DNA from: a virus
Taxonomy: Duplodnaviria > Caudoviricetes
Direction: 5' to 3' (one strand)
Length of the DNA stretch: 64,000 bases
Virus record (IMG/VR): IMGVR_UViG_3300043077_000173
Span: 1-64,000 of that record
The notes under the pieces were generated by a model. It worked only from the letters and a program-made list of their open reading frames with translations, was not told the origin of the DNA and ran no database searches. Below are positions 1 through 10,400 of this stretch, in pieces. How positions within the stretch are numbered: position 1 is the stretch's first letter; every line of letters starts with the position of its first letter. The position numbers and the translations under genes were made by a program.

Positions 1-401
1 TCACGTGCAGTTGTTTCATCAGTAATAATCTTTGTTAAATCTTCAATTGTCTGATTGTATTCTTCTTTAAATTCTTCATAGTCATCATCCAGCTCTGAGA
101 CATTCCCACTAACGCTGGAAATATAGCTATTCATATTTTCGATCTGTAAGCTTCTTTCAGAAGCCTCTTGTTCGATGCTTTGCTTGAGAGAATTTAATTC
201 TGAGGTTACGGATTCATTTGTTTTATCAAGATCAGAGGAAAGACCTGATTCTCCAACTTCCTCATAAACGTCTTTACCAGATACATAATCAATCTGTCCA
301 TTAGCATTGACACGCAAATACTTATTTTTCTGTCCACTAACAGGCGTGATAAAATCATCTATCATGCTTGAGTTTATTTTAATACTTGAAGTTACAGCCA
401 T
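1..401 (-). CDS. 5' part of a putative virion/tail-associated coiled-coil protein (runs off the window edge)
   Basis: Manual translation from ATG at 401: MAVTSSIKINSSMIDDFITPVSGQKNKYLRVNANGQIDYVSGKD..., open to position 1; late-type TAAATA box at 435-440. Confidence 0.6.
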   Translation of the reverse strand, partial: MAVTSSIKINSSMIDDFITPVSGQKNKYLRVNANGQIDYVSGKDVYEEVGESGLSSDLDKTNESVTSELNSLKQSIEQEASERSLQIENMNSYISSVSGNVSELDDDYEEFKEEYNQTIEDLTKIITDETTAR

Positions 402-443
402 CGATTTAAATACCTTAATATACCAATATACAGATATTTATTA

Positions 444-806
444 TCAAATAAGCCTTTCTTTTATTCTTTTGGTTAAAGACCTTATGCTATCAAAGAAATG
501 ATAATCATAGCCATAATCTAGTATATACTGTTCATGAAAGTATCCGTCTTTAGTCAATTGTTCCTCAATCTTTTTAATGGCTTCAATCTGTTTAGAACAA
601 CATATACAGCGATAATTTACCATTAATGTTTTTTCCATATTGACTATTCTTATCCAGCCATCATCAAATAAAGCTTTTTCTTCTTCATCTTTTGTGATAG
701 CTCTTCCTAAAATATTTTCAATAATCTCTTTATGACCAAAGTCTGTTAAAATCGTATGAACTTCAGCGTTTGGGGAAATCCAAAATCCGTAAATCGATTT
801 AGTCAT
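444..806 (-). CDS. hypothetical protein
   Basis: 120-aa ORF directly downstream of the clamp loader; YGFWISP..H..GWIRI pattern typical of small phage proteins. Confidence 0.6.
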   Translation of the reverse strand: MTKSIYGFWISPNAEVHTILTDFGHKEIIENILGRAITKDEEEKALFDDGWIRIVNMEKTLMVNYRCICCSKQIEAIKKIEEQLTKDGYFHEQYILDYGYDYHFFDSIRSLTKRIKERLI

Positions 807-811
807 ATCAT

Positions 812-1726
812 TTACCCTATGATTTTCTTTAAATCAATTAAGCAAGCCATTAGGTTAATGTCTGGGAAAGCCATTGTTTCATGTTTGTACAAGTATTCAC
901 TAATTTTTAAGATAACATCATCCCATAATGATTTATTTTCTGTAATCATTTCTAAATGATTGTATAAAAATTGATAAAATACTGTGTAATCCTCTACGGA
1001 AAGGCTTTCCACCAACAATTTTTTAGTATTTAAAATCGTATCAGTCTTAAACGATCTAATAATACTTGTAAACTTGTCTACCGAATAATTTTCTCCCCCT
1101 AACGCTTCTAAAACATTACCCTTTATATGTTGTGTTAAAGCGTTTATACAAGCTCTTAAATCAGGATAATATGTCTGTATATACTTTAATAAAACATCTG
1201 CGGTAAATGATACTCCCTCATTGTTTAGAATCATCATCATTCTTGCAATAAATCCTGTAGTATCAACTTTGTTAAAATGATACATTTGACATCTTGATTT
1301 AATTGCGTCAGATACTTTAGATACATCATTGGTTGTAAAGACGAATACACACCATTCAGAATATTGTTCAAGAACATACTTTAAACAATCTTGTGCCTGT
1401 TTAGAAGCTCTCTCAAATTCTTCAAGAACAACGAGTTTAAACCCTTCATTCAATGGTGGAACAGAAGCATAGTCAATGACTTTACGCATATCATCAATGG
1501 AAGTACTATTTGACACATTGATTCGCATATAGTCTTTAATGCTCATCTCGTTTAATAAAACGTTTACCAAAGAGGATTTACCAGTGCCTGGCTTACCATA
1601 TAATAACAAATGGGTGTCTAAACGCTTATTATCAATCCATTTACGAACGTTTTGCTTAAACGATTCATCCACAAAGACTAGTTCATCAAACTTCTTTGGT
1701 CTATATTTTTCCGTTAAAGGTTGCAT
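812..1726 (-). CDS. clamp loader AAA+ subunit (RFC/T4 gp44-like)
   Basis: LTEKYRP N-terminus, Walker A GKPGTGKS, Walker B-like VVLEEFE, SRC arginine finger, PDLR motif. Confidence 0.93.
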   Translation of the reverse strand: MQPLTEKYRPKKFDELVFVDESFKQNVRKWIDNKRLDTHLLLYGKPGTGKSSLVNVLLNEMSIKDYMRINVSNSTSIDDMRKVIDYASVPPLNEGFKLVVLEEFERASKQAQDCLKYVLEQYSEWCVFVFTTNDVSKVSDAIKSRCQMYHFNKVDTTGFIARMMMILNNEGVSFTADVLLKYIQTYYPDLRACINALTQHIKGNVLEALGGENYSVDKFTSIIRSFKTDTILNTKKLLVESLSVEDYTVFYQFLYNHLEMITENKSLWDDVILKISEYLYKHETMAFPDINLMACLIDLKKIIG

Positions 1727-1731
1727 CTATA

Positions 1732-2040
1732 TTATTCCCGATTCAGATAATCCCACAATTTTTCATCAGTATCAAGTACATCAATGATTTTATGAGTACC
1801 TGCTTCATAAATGTTTTTCTCAACATCTTCATACAAATACCATGTAATCATATCGGAATCATTTTCGCCAAACAATTTGGAAAAGCATTTTCTGTAAGGT
1901 TTTATCAAGTCATCAGTAAGATTCAGAAGATCAAGACTTCCACCTGTAGCATTGTAAACATCGTCTACAATCTTATCAGCATAACGAATTTCTTCCAAAA
2001 ACTCTAAAAACTCTTCTTTGGACATTTTATCAGAAATCAT
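1732..2040 (-). CDS. hypothetical protein
   Basis: 102-aa ORF, AGGA RBS, tightly packed in operon. Confidence 0.6.
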   Translation of the reverse strand: MISDKMSKEEFLEFLEEIRYADKIVDDVYNATGGSLDLLNLTDDLIKPYRKCFSKLFGENDSDMITWYLYEDVEKNIYEAGTHKIIDVLDTDEKLWDYLNRE

Positions 2041-2054
2041 TTGATTATTCCTTT

Positions 2055-2414
2055 CTATAAAAGTGTTAGTAAAAATATTCCAGAAACTAATGTTCCTATG
2101 ACTGTTAAGATAATATAAAACCAGCTGTTTGTCAAGTCTTTTTTAGACATTTTCCATTCATCTTGGTGTTTTTCTCTGAAAAGCTTTAATTCTATATCGT
2201 TTGGTAAATGGTCTTTCCCAAAAAGATTATACAAGTCTGGATATCTTCGACGATCAAAAATCTTATTAGGAGACCATTTAATAAACGATTCAGGTATAGA
2301 ACCTTCTACTTCAGTAATATAACCAATTGGTAGATTGTCTTCTATCGGTTTATTGTTATGATAGTCCCATCTATCCTTTATTTTACAAGCTTTAATGACA
2401 GTATGAATTGTCAT
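2055..2414 (-). CDS. tail-collar-like domain protein with C-terminal transmembrane helix
   Basis: LPIGYI...IPESFI...FDRRRYPDLYNLFGKDHLPN resembles the tail-collar consensus; hydrophobic C-terminus WFYIILTVIGTLVSGIFLLTLL. Confidence 0.5.
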   Translation of the reverse strand: MTIHTVIKACKIKDRWDYHNNKPIEDNLPIGYITEVEGSIPESFIKWSPNKIFDRRRYPDLYNLFGKDHLPNDIELKLFREKHQDEWKMSKKDLTNSWFYIILTVIGTLVSGIFLLTLL

Positions 2415-2418
2415 ACAC

Positions 2419-2718
2419 TTATTCCTTTATATAGCGTTTCACTTTAACCTTATTATTTGCTAATACTTGTGTAATAATAAAAGGAACATCATATCGTGTA
2501 TCTATGATATAGCCTTTTTTAACCAGCTTAGGATCAAGGTATTTCATAAACTCCATCCCTTTAGGATTGTAATAAATCTCTTCCCAAAAATAGTCAAGAG
2601 CTTCTGTATCCTTTTTCGAAATGATACAATGATATAATTCCTTTTTTAGTATATATTTGTTAATTATTTCAATTATTTGTTCAATTATTTTTTCAAGCAT
2701 CTTTCTCCCCAATTCCAT
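2419..2718 (-). CDS. hypothetical protein
   Basis: 99-aa ORF overlapping the upstream gene. Confidence 0.55.
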   Translation of the reverse strand: MELGRKMLEKIIEQIIEIINKYILKKELYHCIISKKDTEALDYFWEEIYYNPKGMEFMKYLDPKLVKKGYIIDTRYDVPFIITQVLANNKVKVKRYIKE

Positions 2719-3073
2719 ACCCTTTTAGTTCTTCAGGCATGGTTTTTGAAACTGCTATTAGTCCTTCTCTATATGATTTTGGTGAGATATACCAAACCTT
2801 TTTAGGCTTACCATTTATGATAACATTCATACTGGTCGACCAATGCCCGTGGCAAATCGCAATCCAATCACCAGCTTCTATGTCTTTGATATTATCTGCT
2901 TTAAATAATACCCTTGACCATCTTGGTCTTACAAACTCTCCATACATATCCATTTTTTCTTGTGTATAGAATAAGCCACCTTTTTTACGCTCTCCATACT
3001 CCATATCTTCTACGTACATTGTGTCTGGAAGGCAAACTATTTCATGAGGTATATCTGCACCATAATCAATCAT
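2693..3073 (-). CDS. divergent phage GroES-like co-chaperonin
   Basis: E-RKKGGLF mobile-loop-like segment, RPRW..V, DIEAGDWI..HGHWS, as in jumbo-phage GroES-like proteins. Confidence 0.65.
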   Translation of the reverse strand: MIDYGADIPHEIVCLPDTMYVEDMEYGERKKGGLFYTQEKMDMYGEFVRPRWSRVLFKADNIKDIEAGDWIAICHGHWSTSMNVIINGKPKKVWYISPKSYREGLIAVSKTMPEELKGYGIGEKDA

Positions 3074-3076
3074 ATC

Positions 3077-3451
3077 TTATTTCCTTTTAGCTTTCTTTTC
3101 TAGATCATCTGTAGTAGTCTGTTCAGCCTCAAATTGGCTTTCAGCCTCTTTCAAAAGCTCTTCATCATCAGCTGTAATGTCTTCATATACTGGTGATACG
3201 GTTGGTTTAGCCTTTTCAAATTCTGGATTAGCTGTTGCACCAGGCTCTTTAAGATTTTCAACAACTGTTTCGGATTTATGCTGTGCATACCAGTCAGCCA
3301 TAATTTCTTCACGAGTCTTTACAATTTCCCCATTTTTACCAAGCTTATCGCCACGTCCATTGTATCCTGCATTACCAAGTGCTACATTTTTTTCGTACTT
3401 TTTGGCTAGTGAAACCATATCCACCTTTTTACCTCTTGCAGACAAAACCAT
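3077..3451 (-). CDS. conserved jumbo-phage hypothetical protein
   Basis: ARGKKVDM..L....ALGN..NGRGDKLG..GEIVKTREE motif; sigma70-type promoter upstream. Confidence 0.65.
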   Translation of the reverse strand: MVLSARGKKVDMVSLAKKYEKNVALGNAGYNGRGDKLGKNGEIVKTREEIMADWYAQHKSETVVENLKEPGATANPEFEKAKPTVSPVYEDITADDEELLKEAESQFEAEQTTTDDLEKKAKRK

Positions 3452-3516
3452 TGAATACTCCTTTAAATAAATTATTACAACTTTTAATATATTTTCTTAT
3501 AATCTTTTTGTCAATA

Positions 3517-4152
3517 TTAAATCCATTCAGTAGGATCTGAAACATATCCATCAGAAGGATTCATTATGCCATACTTTATCATTAGACTAACTCTACGCAT
3601 TGAATGAAATGATTCTTGTAAACCATCTTTAATATAATGAAAATCACTATCAAGTTTAAAGTCCAACGGTTTAGAATATGGTCCATCTAAAATATCTACA
3701 TCATAGTATTCGATGTACTTATCACTATATTTTTCTCTTAACCATCTAGCACACCGTATAGCATATTCTTTTTTCGTTGCGGTAATGTACGCATGCAAAT
3801 CTTTACGATAATCTATTGATACACCATATCTTACCCAACCATTCTCTAAATCTTCTTGAGTAAAACAAAACTTATCAGAATTAAACATTTTATTAATATG
3901 TAATTCTATATTCTCTTTAGTATTAACATTATAAAAGCCATTTGTTCCAATGAAGTCTAATGTCATATCCTTGTTCTTAAAAAGTTTTTCACAATCTTTA
4001 TTCTCGAAGATTACACGAAACTTACCACCAGAGGCTTTAATAACATCATCTATCTTATGATCTATCTTATCATCGATGTCAATAGGCAGTTTATAATATT
4101 CTTCTTTCTTAAAATATTTCACGAAAACCCCTTTATAAATCATCTGTGTCAA
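3517..4152 (-). CDS. hypothetical protein
   Basis: 211-aa ORF overlapping the phosphoesterase stop. Confidence 0.6.
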   Translation of the reverse strand: MTQMIYKGVFVKYFKKEEYYKLPIDIDDKIDHKIDDVIKASGGKFRVIFENKDCEKLFKNKDMTLDFIGTNGFYNVNTKENIELHINKMFNSDKFCFTQEDLENGWVRYGVSIDYRKDLHAYITATKKEYAIRCARWLREKYSDKYIEYYDVDILDGPYSKPLDFKLDSDFHYIKDGLQESFHSMRRVSLMIKYGIMNPSDGYVSDPTEWI

Positions 4153-5107
4153 TGATTAGATTAGGGTTGAACACTACATCGTTTTCCGTTAAATGCTCTT
4201 CCGCAGGCAAGTATCCACACGCATTTACCAAATATTTTTTACCATTCCCAAAGGTAAAAGATTTACGACAATGGACATGCCCAGATATTACAAGCTTAAT
4301 ATTTTCGAAACCATTTACCCAATCTTCTAGGTCAGAAACATAGGAAGAATTTGACTTGCATTTAGCATACTTTTTATCGATACACTTTGGGCTTAAACAA
4401 TGGTGAGTCATTAGGATAATCTTACATGAAGGATTTATGGAAACGATTTCATTATAGCATCGTTTAACCTCATCCTGTGCTAAAAGATTTAACTCCCTAT
4501 AATATGAAGGAGTAATAGCTACACCAGGTTTTTCAAAGCCCCATCTAAAATCATTTAATGAATACGATGCTGTCCACATATTTTCTTCAACGATAAGATC
4601 TTCTGTCAATTCTTTAACAGGCTCGGTTTTAGATGTTCTAAGACCATAAGCAGCGGACCATATATCAAATGCTTCTTGACGCTTATTATATTCATCAACA
4701 GTGTAGTTGCAGTATTTGTAATCCGTATAAAATGTACTACCAATGATTGCTACATCTTTTTCATCATTCAAGAACATCCAATCATTTTCCAAAAAGTGAT
4801 GATTACCAGCATTTTTTGGAAATTCTTTCCTAAGGTCATTTTTAATCTCATCAAGCGTTTTCATCGTGTATTGATAGCAAAGATGATTACCTTCAATGAA
4901 TATCACTCTATCGTCTGGAAAACAGCCTTTAAGAAATGCTTTAGTGTTATCAAGACCTGTAGCAACATCACCAGCAATCAATGTAGTAAATGATGGATCA
5001 TGAACCATCATATCACCAATGTTTGTCTTAAACGGTGAGAGTTCATACGTTTCACCACCATTTAATCCACCAGTATAATGGGTATCACTCAAGATTCTTA
5101 ATTTCAT
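4133..5107 (-). CDS. calcineurin-like metallophosphoesterase
   Basis: SDTH, AGD, GNH, THH and GHVH motifs in canonical order. Confidence 0.9.
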   Translation of the reverse strand: MKLRILSDTHYTGGLNGGETYELSPFKTNIGDMMVHDPSFTTLIAGDVATGLDNTKAFLKGCFPDDRVIFIEGNHLCYQYTMKTLDEIKNDLRKEFPKNAGNHHFLENDWMFLNDEKDVAIIGSTFYTDYKYCNYTVDEYNKRQEAFDIWSAAYGLRTSKTEPVKELTEDLIVEENMWTASYSLNDFRWGFEKPGVAITPSYYRELNLLAQDEVKRCYNEIVSINPSCKIILMTHHCLSPKCIDKKYAKCKSNSSYVSDLEDWVNGFENIKLVISGHVHCRKSFTFGNGKKYLVNACGYLPAEEHLTENDVVFNPNLIIDTDDL

Positions 5108-5238
5108 AACATTACTCCTAAAAGGCTTAACAAAAACAGTATTATCACACCTATTGGCAATACAAAGTTGTAGACAATCATTAACGTCACAACTATTGAA
5201 CTAAATGCTCTACCAAATGTTTCTAAAACCTTTTTCAA
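5104..5238 (-). CDS. small (44 aa) membrane protein, absent from the ORF track
   Basis: GAGGTG RBS, TTG start, MKKVLETFGRAFSSIVVTLMIVYNFVLPIGVIILFLLSLLGVML, TGA overlapping the next ATG (ATGA coupling). Confidence 0.65.
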   Translation of the reverse strand: MKKVLETFGRAFSSIVVTLMIVYNFVLPIGVIILFLLSLLGVML

Positions 5239-5300
5239 AAATTACACCTCTCGATTTTAAATCAAGGTATTATAACATCTCATAAAGCATTTTGCAAATA

Positions 5301-5822
5301 TTATTTTAAGAATTCATGTATGTCAAGATTGTATTTGATAGAATCAACAAGATGTAGTTTGATCAGATAGAGGCAAAAACTTGATACGCTACTTCCTCTT
5401 CCACAGCCGACTACCCAATCATTTTTCTTTATCTCATCTGATAACCATATACAACACCGCAAGAATTTATCGAATCCTTTACTATGATATAAGGAAAGCT
5501 CTTCATCTACACGATTTCTCTCTATATCGTTTTTACAAAGCTTATGGAAGTAATCATCTAAAAGGATTGAGTCATATTCTTTAGGATAAACCCATTTATC
5601 ACGTCTGTTTTCCAACGATTCAATAGAGTTTGGTAATGAATACTTTACATCATCATAATTTTCATAAGCGTATTTGTTAAATGCTACTACGTCAATGTCA
5701 TCTTTAGGAAAGATGAGCATTTCAGATGGCTGTAAGCCATTGTAAAGCATTTCTATCAACGCTTTCGTAAAATATACCACATTACCGTTATCGTCAATCA
5801 GTCTATTGTCAAGAGTTATCAT
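5301..5822 (-). CDS. DNA polymerase III alpha (DnaE)-like fragment
   Basis: ERNRVDEEL..Y...GF..F......D......VGCGRGSSVSS..LYLI....VDSIKYNL...EFL matches the DnaE GRGS region; ends before the catalytic PDxDxD motif. Confidence 0.8.
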   Translation of the reverse strand: MITLDNRLIDDNGNVVYFTKALIEMLYNGLQPSEMLIFPKDDIDVVAFNKYAYENYDDVKYSLPNSIESLENRRDKWVYPKEYDSILLDDYFHKLCKNDIERNRVDEELSLYHSKGFDKFLRCCIWLSDEIKKNDWVVGCGRGSSVSSFCLYLIKLHLVDSIKYNLDIHEFLK

Positions 5823-6103
5823 TTGTTAAATCCCAACGTTGTCATTCTCTCATCATACTCGTTGTAAAAATCTTCGACATCCTCTTCTTCAAGAATTCCT
5901 TCTTCAATCCTTCTTTGAAGCTCATTGTCATATATTTGTTCAATCCGAACGATTTGTCCAGCCATCTGTGACGGAATAAGTCCATGGTCAAGCTTACTCA
6001 GCATATTCTCAATACGCCAATAACGTTTGATTAACTCTTTATCACCAAGGGTTTCAATTGTTGATAAATCAACATATAACCCATAGTTATCATCAATTTC
6101 CAT
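5819..6103 (-). CDS. hypothetical protein
   Basis: 94-aa ORF coupled (ATGA) to the DnaE fragment. Confidence 0.6.
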   Translation of the reverse strand: MEIDDNYGLYVDLSTIETLGDKELIKRYWRIENMLSKLDHGLIPSQMAGQIVRIEQIYDNELQRRIEEGILEEEDVEDFYNEYDERMTTLGFNK

Positions 6104-6113
6104 TTTCTTATTC

Positions 6114-7331
6114 CTAAATCAGTTGAAACTCTGGACTTTTCGTCTGGTTATAATCATAGAACGAAACGCTGAAATTGTCAATATCTTTATTGTAAACCGG
6201 CGAAAAATGTACTTCAAAGAAACACATCTTTCTTCCTGTAAAGAATTTTCCTTTATTTTCCTCTTGATTCAATATCTTATATGCATATAAGTTTGTATTA
6301 GGCTTTGCAAATAATAAATTCATACATGGGAAATATGAAGGAGTAGTATATGTTGCAATCTCTAAATCACTCATTTTCTGTAAATTATCATCTTTGAATA
6401 CACCCGTTGAGGTATAGTTTGTCACAACTTTGTAATAGATACCGTCATAGATAAATGTATCTCCTACAATGTATTGGGTATTGGCTTGCCATAGACTTAT
6501 CTCTTTAGTCTTCCAAGCCTCTATCGATTCATTTTCCTCGTCGAAAAATCTTATATACGGTCTATTCTTTTGATCCATTACATCTTCACTTGTTATATAA
6601 GGTAACACAATCTTTGTCTTTTGTAAAGGTGTTTCATTAAGATCCGGATTATATACCCAAGGATAATCTATTGAAGCCACATGATGAACTTGACCATTTA
6701 AGATAATAAATTTATTCTCTGGTTTCCATGAAAGAGTGAACATAATGTTTTCTTGTAAATTCATTGTCCCTTCTTCATAAATCAAATAGTTTACATAATC
6801 AATCTCTGTGTTAAGATTTTCTTCATATACTTGTACAGGCTTAATGATTAGCTTACCATAATTTGGATCAATGATTTCTCGCCACTCTGTTGTAAAAGCG
6901 TTTCCAGCATAAGCTTCATCTTCCCAGCTTTTTGTAGACGCTGTACCACCATAGAGTTCTTCATCATCATTTCCAATATAGTCTTCTCTCTTTATTGTAG
7001 CATATACTGGTTTTGGCTCATCGCCTTCTTTCAAAACAGCATATACGTCAAGATACCTTACTTCTTCTTGACTTGTCGCATAATATTTCCCTGTTTCAGA
7101 ATCATATGAAATCAAGTATTTAGGATATGTTGAACCAGTTGCATCTACAATCTCCTGTGTCGCAATATCATACAAAATACCTTCTGCTTTCATTTGCTGT
7201 ACATAAATCTTTTCTGATAAAAGCTTTCTAATGCCAGCTATTGAAGGATATGCTATAGAAACAACTTTGCGATCTTTACTTGATGCATCAGTTGCTTGAT
7301 TATCAGCATTTAATGTAGATGGTGTAGGCAT
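6114..7331 (-). CDS. putative virion/baseplate protein with a short carbohydrate-binding-like motif
   Basis: WQANTQYIVGD...YDGIYYKV motif; late-type box at 7369-7374. Confidence 0.55.
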   Translation of the reverse strand: MPTPSTLNADNQATDASSKDRKVVSIAYPSIAGIRKLLSEKIYVQQMKAEGILYDIATQEIVDATGSTYPKYLISYDSETGKYYATSQEEVRYLDVYAVLKEGDEPKPVYATIKREDYIGNDDEELYGGTASTKSWEDEAYAGNAFTTEWREIIDPNYGKLIIKPVQVYEENLNTEIDYVNYLIYEEGTMNLQENIMFTLSWKPENKFIILNGQVHHVASIDYPWVYNPDLNETPLQKTKIVLPYITSEDVMDQKNRPYIRFFDEENESIEAWKTKEISLWQANTQYIVGDTFIYDGIYYKVVTNYTSTGVFKDDNLQKMSDLEIATYTTPSYFPCMNLLFAKPNTNLYAYKILNQEENKGKFFTGRKMCFFEVHFSPVYNKDIDNFSVSFYDYNQTKSPEFQLI

Positions 7332-7422
7332 TATTCAAAACCTTTTGATTTCATAGTATCTTACTAATTATTTACTCATATTTTGTAAAATGAATTACTA
7401 ACAACAAGCATTTACGCAGATG

Positions 7423-10400
7423 CTATAAGTCAAAGTATATAGTAGCATTCTCTGCCCCAAATTGTGTATCATAATCGGCTAATGCTTTAATAGTTTCTTC
7501 CATATCAGCTCTAAAATGAATTTCTTTTATTTTAGGGCAATGTTGGAAAGCATGCTGTAGTCCGCTAATGTCTACACTTGTAAGAGCTGGAAATGATACA
7601 GAACCAGTAAGACCTGTACAGTTATAGAAAGCAGAATCAAGTCCATTCTCCCCTATACTTGTAAGAGCTGAAAATAATACTGATCCAGTGAGACCTGTGC
7701 AGCCAACGAAAGCATAACTCAGTCCCTTACTTCCTATACTTGTAAGAGCTGGAAATGATGCAGAAGTTAAACATTTGCAGTTGATAAATGCCTGTTCTAG
7801 GCCATTACTATCTATATTTGTTAAGGAAGGGAATGATACATCTGTTAAAGCAGTACAGTTTTTAAATATTTGATATAAAGAACTATTTCCAATAGTCAAC
7901 AATGATGGAAATGTTACGGATTCCATACTTGTATTCCCTATAAATGCTTGATAGAGTCCTTGTTTCTCTACTTTTTCAAGCATTGGAAAAGATACATTTT
8001 CTATATTTTTGCTGTCAGAAAAAGTGTCACCAATTCCGCTACTTTCAATACTCTTTAAAACAGGAAATGAAATATCTTTCAATCCTGTACAGCCTGAAAA
8101 TGATTCATTGAATCCTGATTCTTCAACTATCTCCGCTGATGGAAAAACAACATTTGTCAATGATGTACAACCATAAAATGCTCTCTCAAATCCATTAACG
8201 CTTTTAAGCACAGGAAATGAAACATCTGTTAAAGCAGTACAGTCATAGAAAGCATATCGTAACCCATAATGACCTATATTCGTTAAGGCAGGAAATGAAA
8301 CTGAAGTCAGACCTGTACATTTTTCAAAAGCATATGTAAGCCCTTGGTTTCCTATACTATTAAGTTTAGGAAATGAAACCGATGTAAGACCTGTACAGCC
8401 CTTAAATATATCAGCCAAGCCACTACCACCAGTAATAGTTTCAAGAGCTGGAAATGATACAGTCTTTAATCCAGTACATCCCGAAAATGTTACTTGTAGG
8501 CTTTGATCCCCAACATATGTTAAAGAGTCAAAAGAAACACTAGTTAGTCCTATGCAACTATAGAAAGCATTATAAAATCCTTGCATTCCTATACTGGTAA
8601 GTTTAGGAAATGAAACTGAACCTGTAAGACCCGTACAGCCAGAAAAAGCATTACTTAGTCCGCTACTTCCTACACTTGTGAGAGCAGGAAATACTACTTC
8701 ACCAGTAATGTCATTTTGATTGAGGAACGCATTGGTTAGATCAGTATAGCCAACAGTCTCTACTTTATTAATTCTAGCAGGTGGTAGTTTTCGGTTTTCC
8801 CTAACATAAGAAGCGTATTGATATATAGTGTAGATATACTCATCTTCATCTACTTCTGGCTCTTCTGGCTCAGTGACTTCTGGTTCTTCAATATCTGGTA
8901 TCTCTGGAACTTCTGGATCTGGTTCAGGTTCAGGCTCTGGATCCGGTTCAGGAACATCAGGCTCTTCAATATCTGGTATTTCTGGTTCGGGCTCAGGTTC
9001 GGGATCTGGTTCAGGTTCAGGGTCTGGAACATCAGGCACTTCTGGCTCTGGATCTGGTTCAGGGTCTGGATCAGTATAATCTGGTTCCCAAGGAATCTCT
9101 GGCTCGTCAGGCGTCTCTGGTTCAACGGGCTCAATAGGTGTCTCTGGCTCGTCTGGCTCGTCAGGTGTTTCTACATATACAATATCATCATTATTGTACT
9201 CATATGCTTCAACAATATCTTCTGAGTTATATTCTTTCAATCCTTTATAAAATGCTTGATATAAAACATCTCCGTCTTGTATAAACTCTTTTCTATAAGT
9301 TTTGTCCCATAAAATGTTTAAAGGAGCATTGTAACAAAGGATATCCTTCAAAAGAGTTTTATCAAAGCATTGAAGCTTACAAAGATTTATAACAGGTCTA
9401 TTAGGAATACTGTATAAACTATTATTTGATTCATAAGCTGATGATTTATCCAAAGCTGCTAATAAATTCGCGTATTCATCATTGTTCTCAATATTCATAT
9501 ACAGATAACATTCAAGAGCATTTTGACCTAACCCTTTCTCAACACTTATTGTAAAGACTCTACTAATAGTCTTGTAACCATTTGATGCTTCAACAATAAA
9601 TGAAAAGTCTTTATAGTCTTGGTATTCAACTTCCCCTGTTATTATACCATTATCAAATTCAAGCCCTGCTGGTAAATTACCGTCAGACAATATATAAGAA
9701 ACGTTATACTGAGAATTTGTTAAAATCTGTATATAGCATTGGTCTCCAACCTTTACAGATCCAAGGTTTTCAGATGATGCCCAAGAGATTTCTTCAGATT
9801 CTTTTAAAACGTTTGCAGATATTTCAAAACTTCTTTCAACAGTGTCATAATCATTTGTAACACTTATTGTTACATAATAGTCCGCAGTTTCATCAGATTG
9901 TAGTACACCTGTTATTCTTCCTGTACGATTTTCTAATGATAGCCCTTTAGGTAAATGTCCCCCTACAATATCATAGACTAATGTTTCTCCGCTATAATCA
10001 TTTGGGTCATATGCTTTAACAAATAATGTTGATGTATCTCTGTAATCAATCTGTCCTATTAAACCTTCTTCAGTAACCCATATTGGAGAAGATCCTTCAG
10101 GAATCTTTGTAACAACGGCTGTTATCTCTTTGGTTTCAACAATAACACCATCTCTCTTAATACCTAGCGTAAAATGATATTCAGTATCTTCTTCAACCTT
10201 ATCAAGCGTTCCATAAAGAAGCCCATAATCATTTAACATCAACCCTGCTGGTAAAGCACCTGATACTTTAACGATTTGATCCGATTCATCATTATCTTTT
10301 AACGTATACTGATTATTGAAATACTGTGATTCTACAAGTTGTAAATAATCTGAAACACTGTCATCAAAGTGTGGTAAATTATTCGAAACTTTTATCTCAA

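Noticed and set aside
5301-5822. DnaE pseudogene
   Set aside because: Clean coupled ORF, and no continuation of DnaE was seen downstream
8818-9225. Alternative-frame ORFs over the PE linker (including a Gly/Ser-repeat ORF)
   Set aside because: Shadows of the low-complexity repeat
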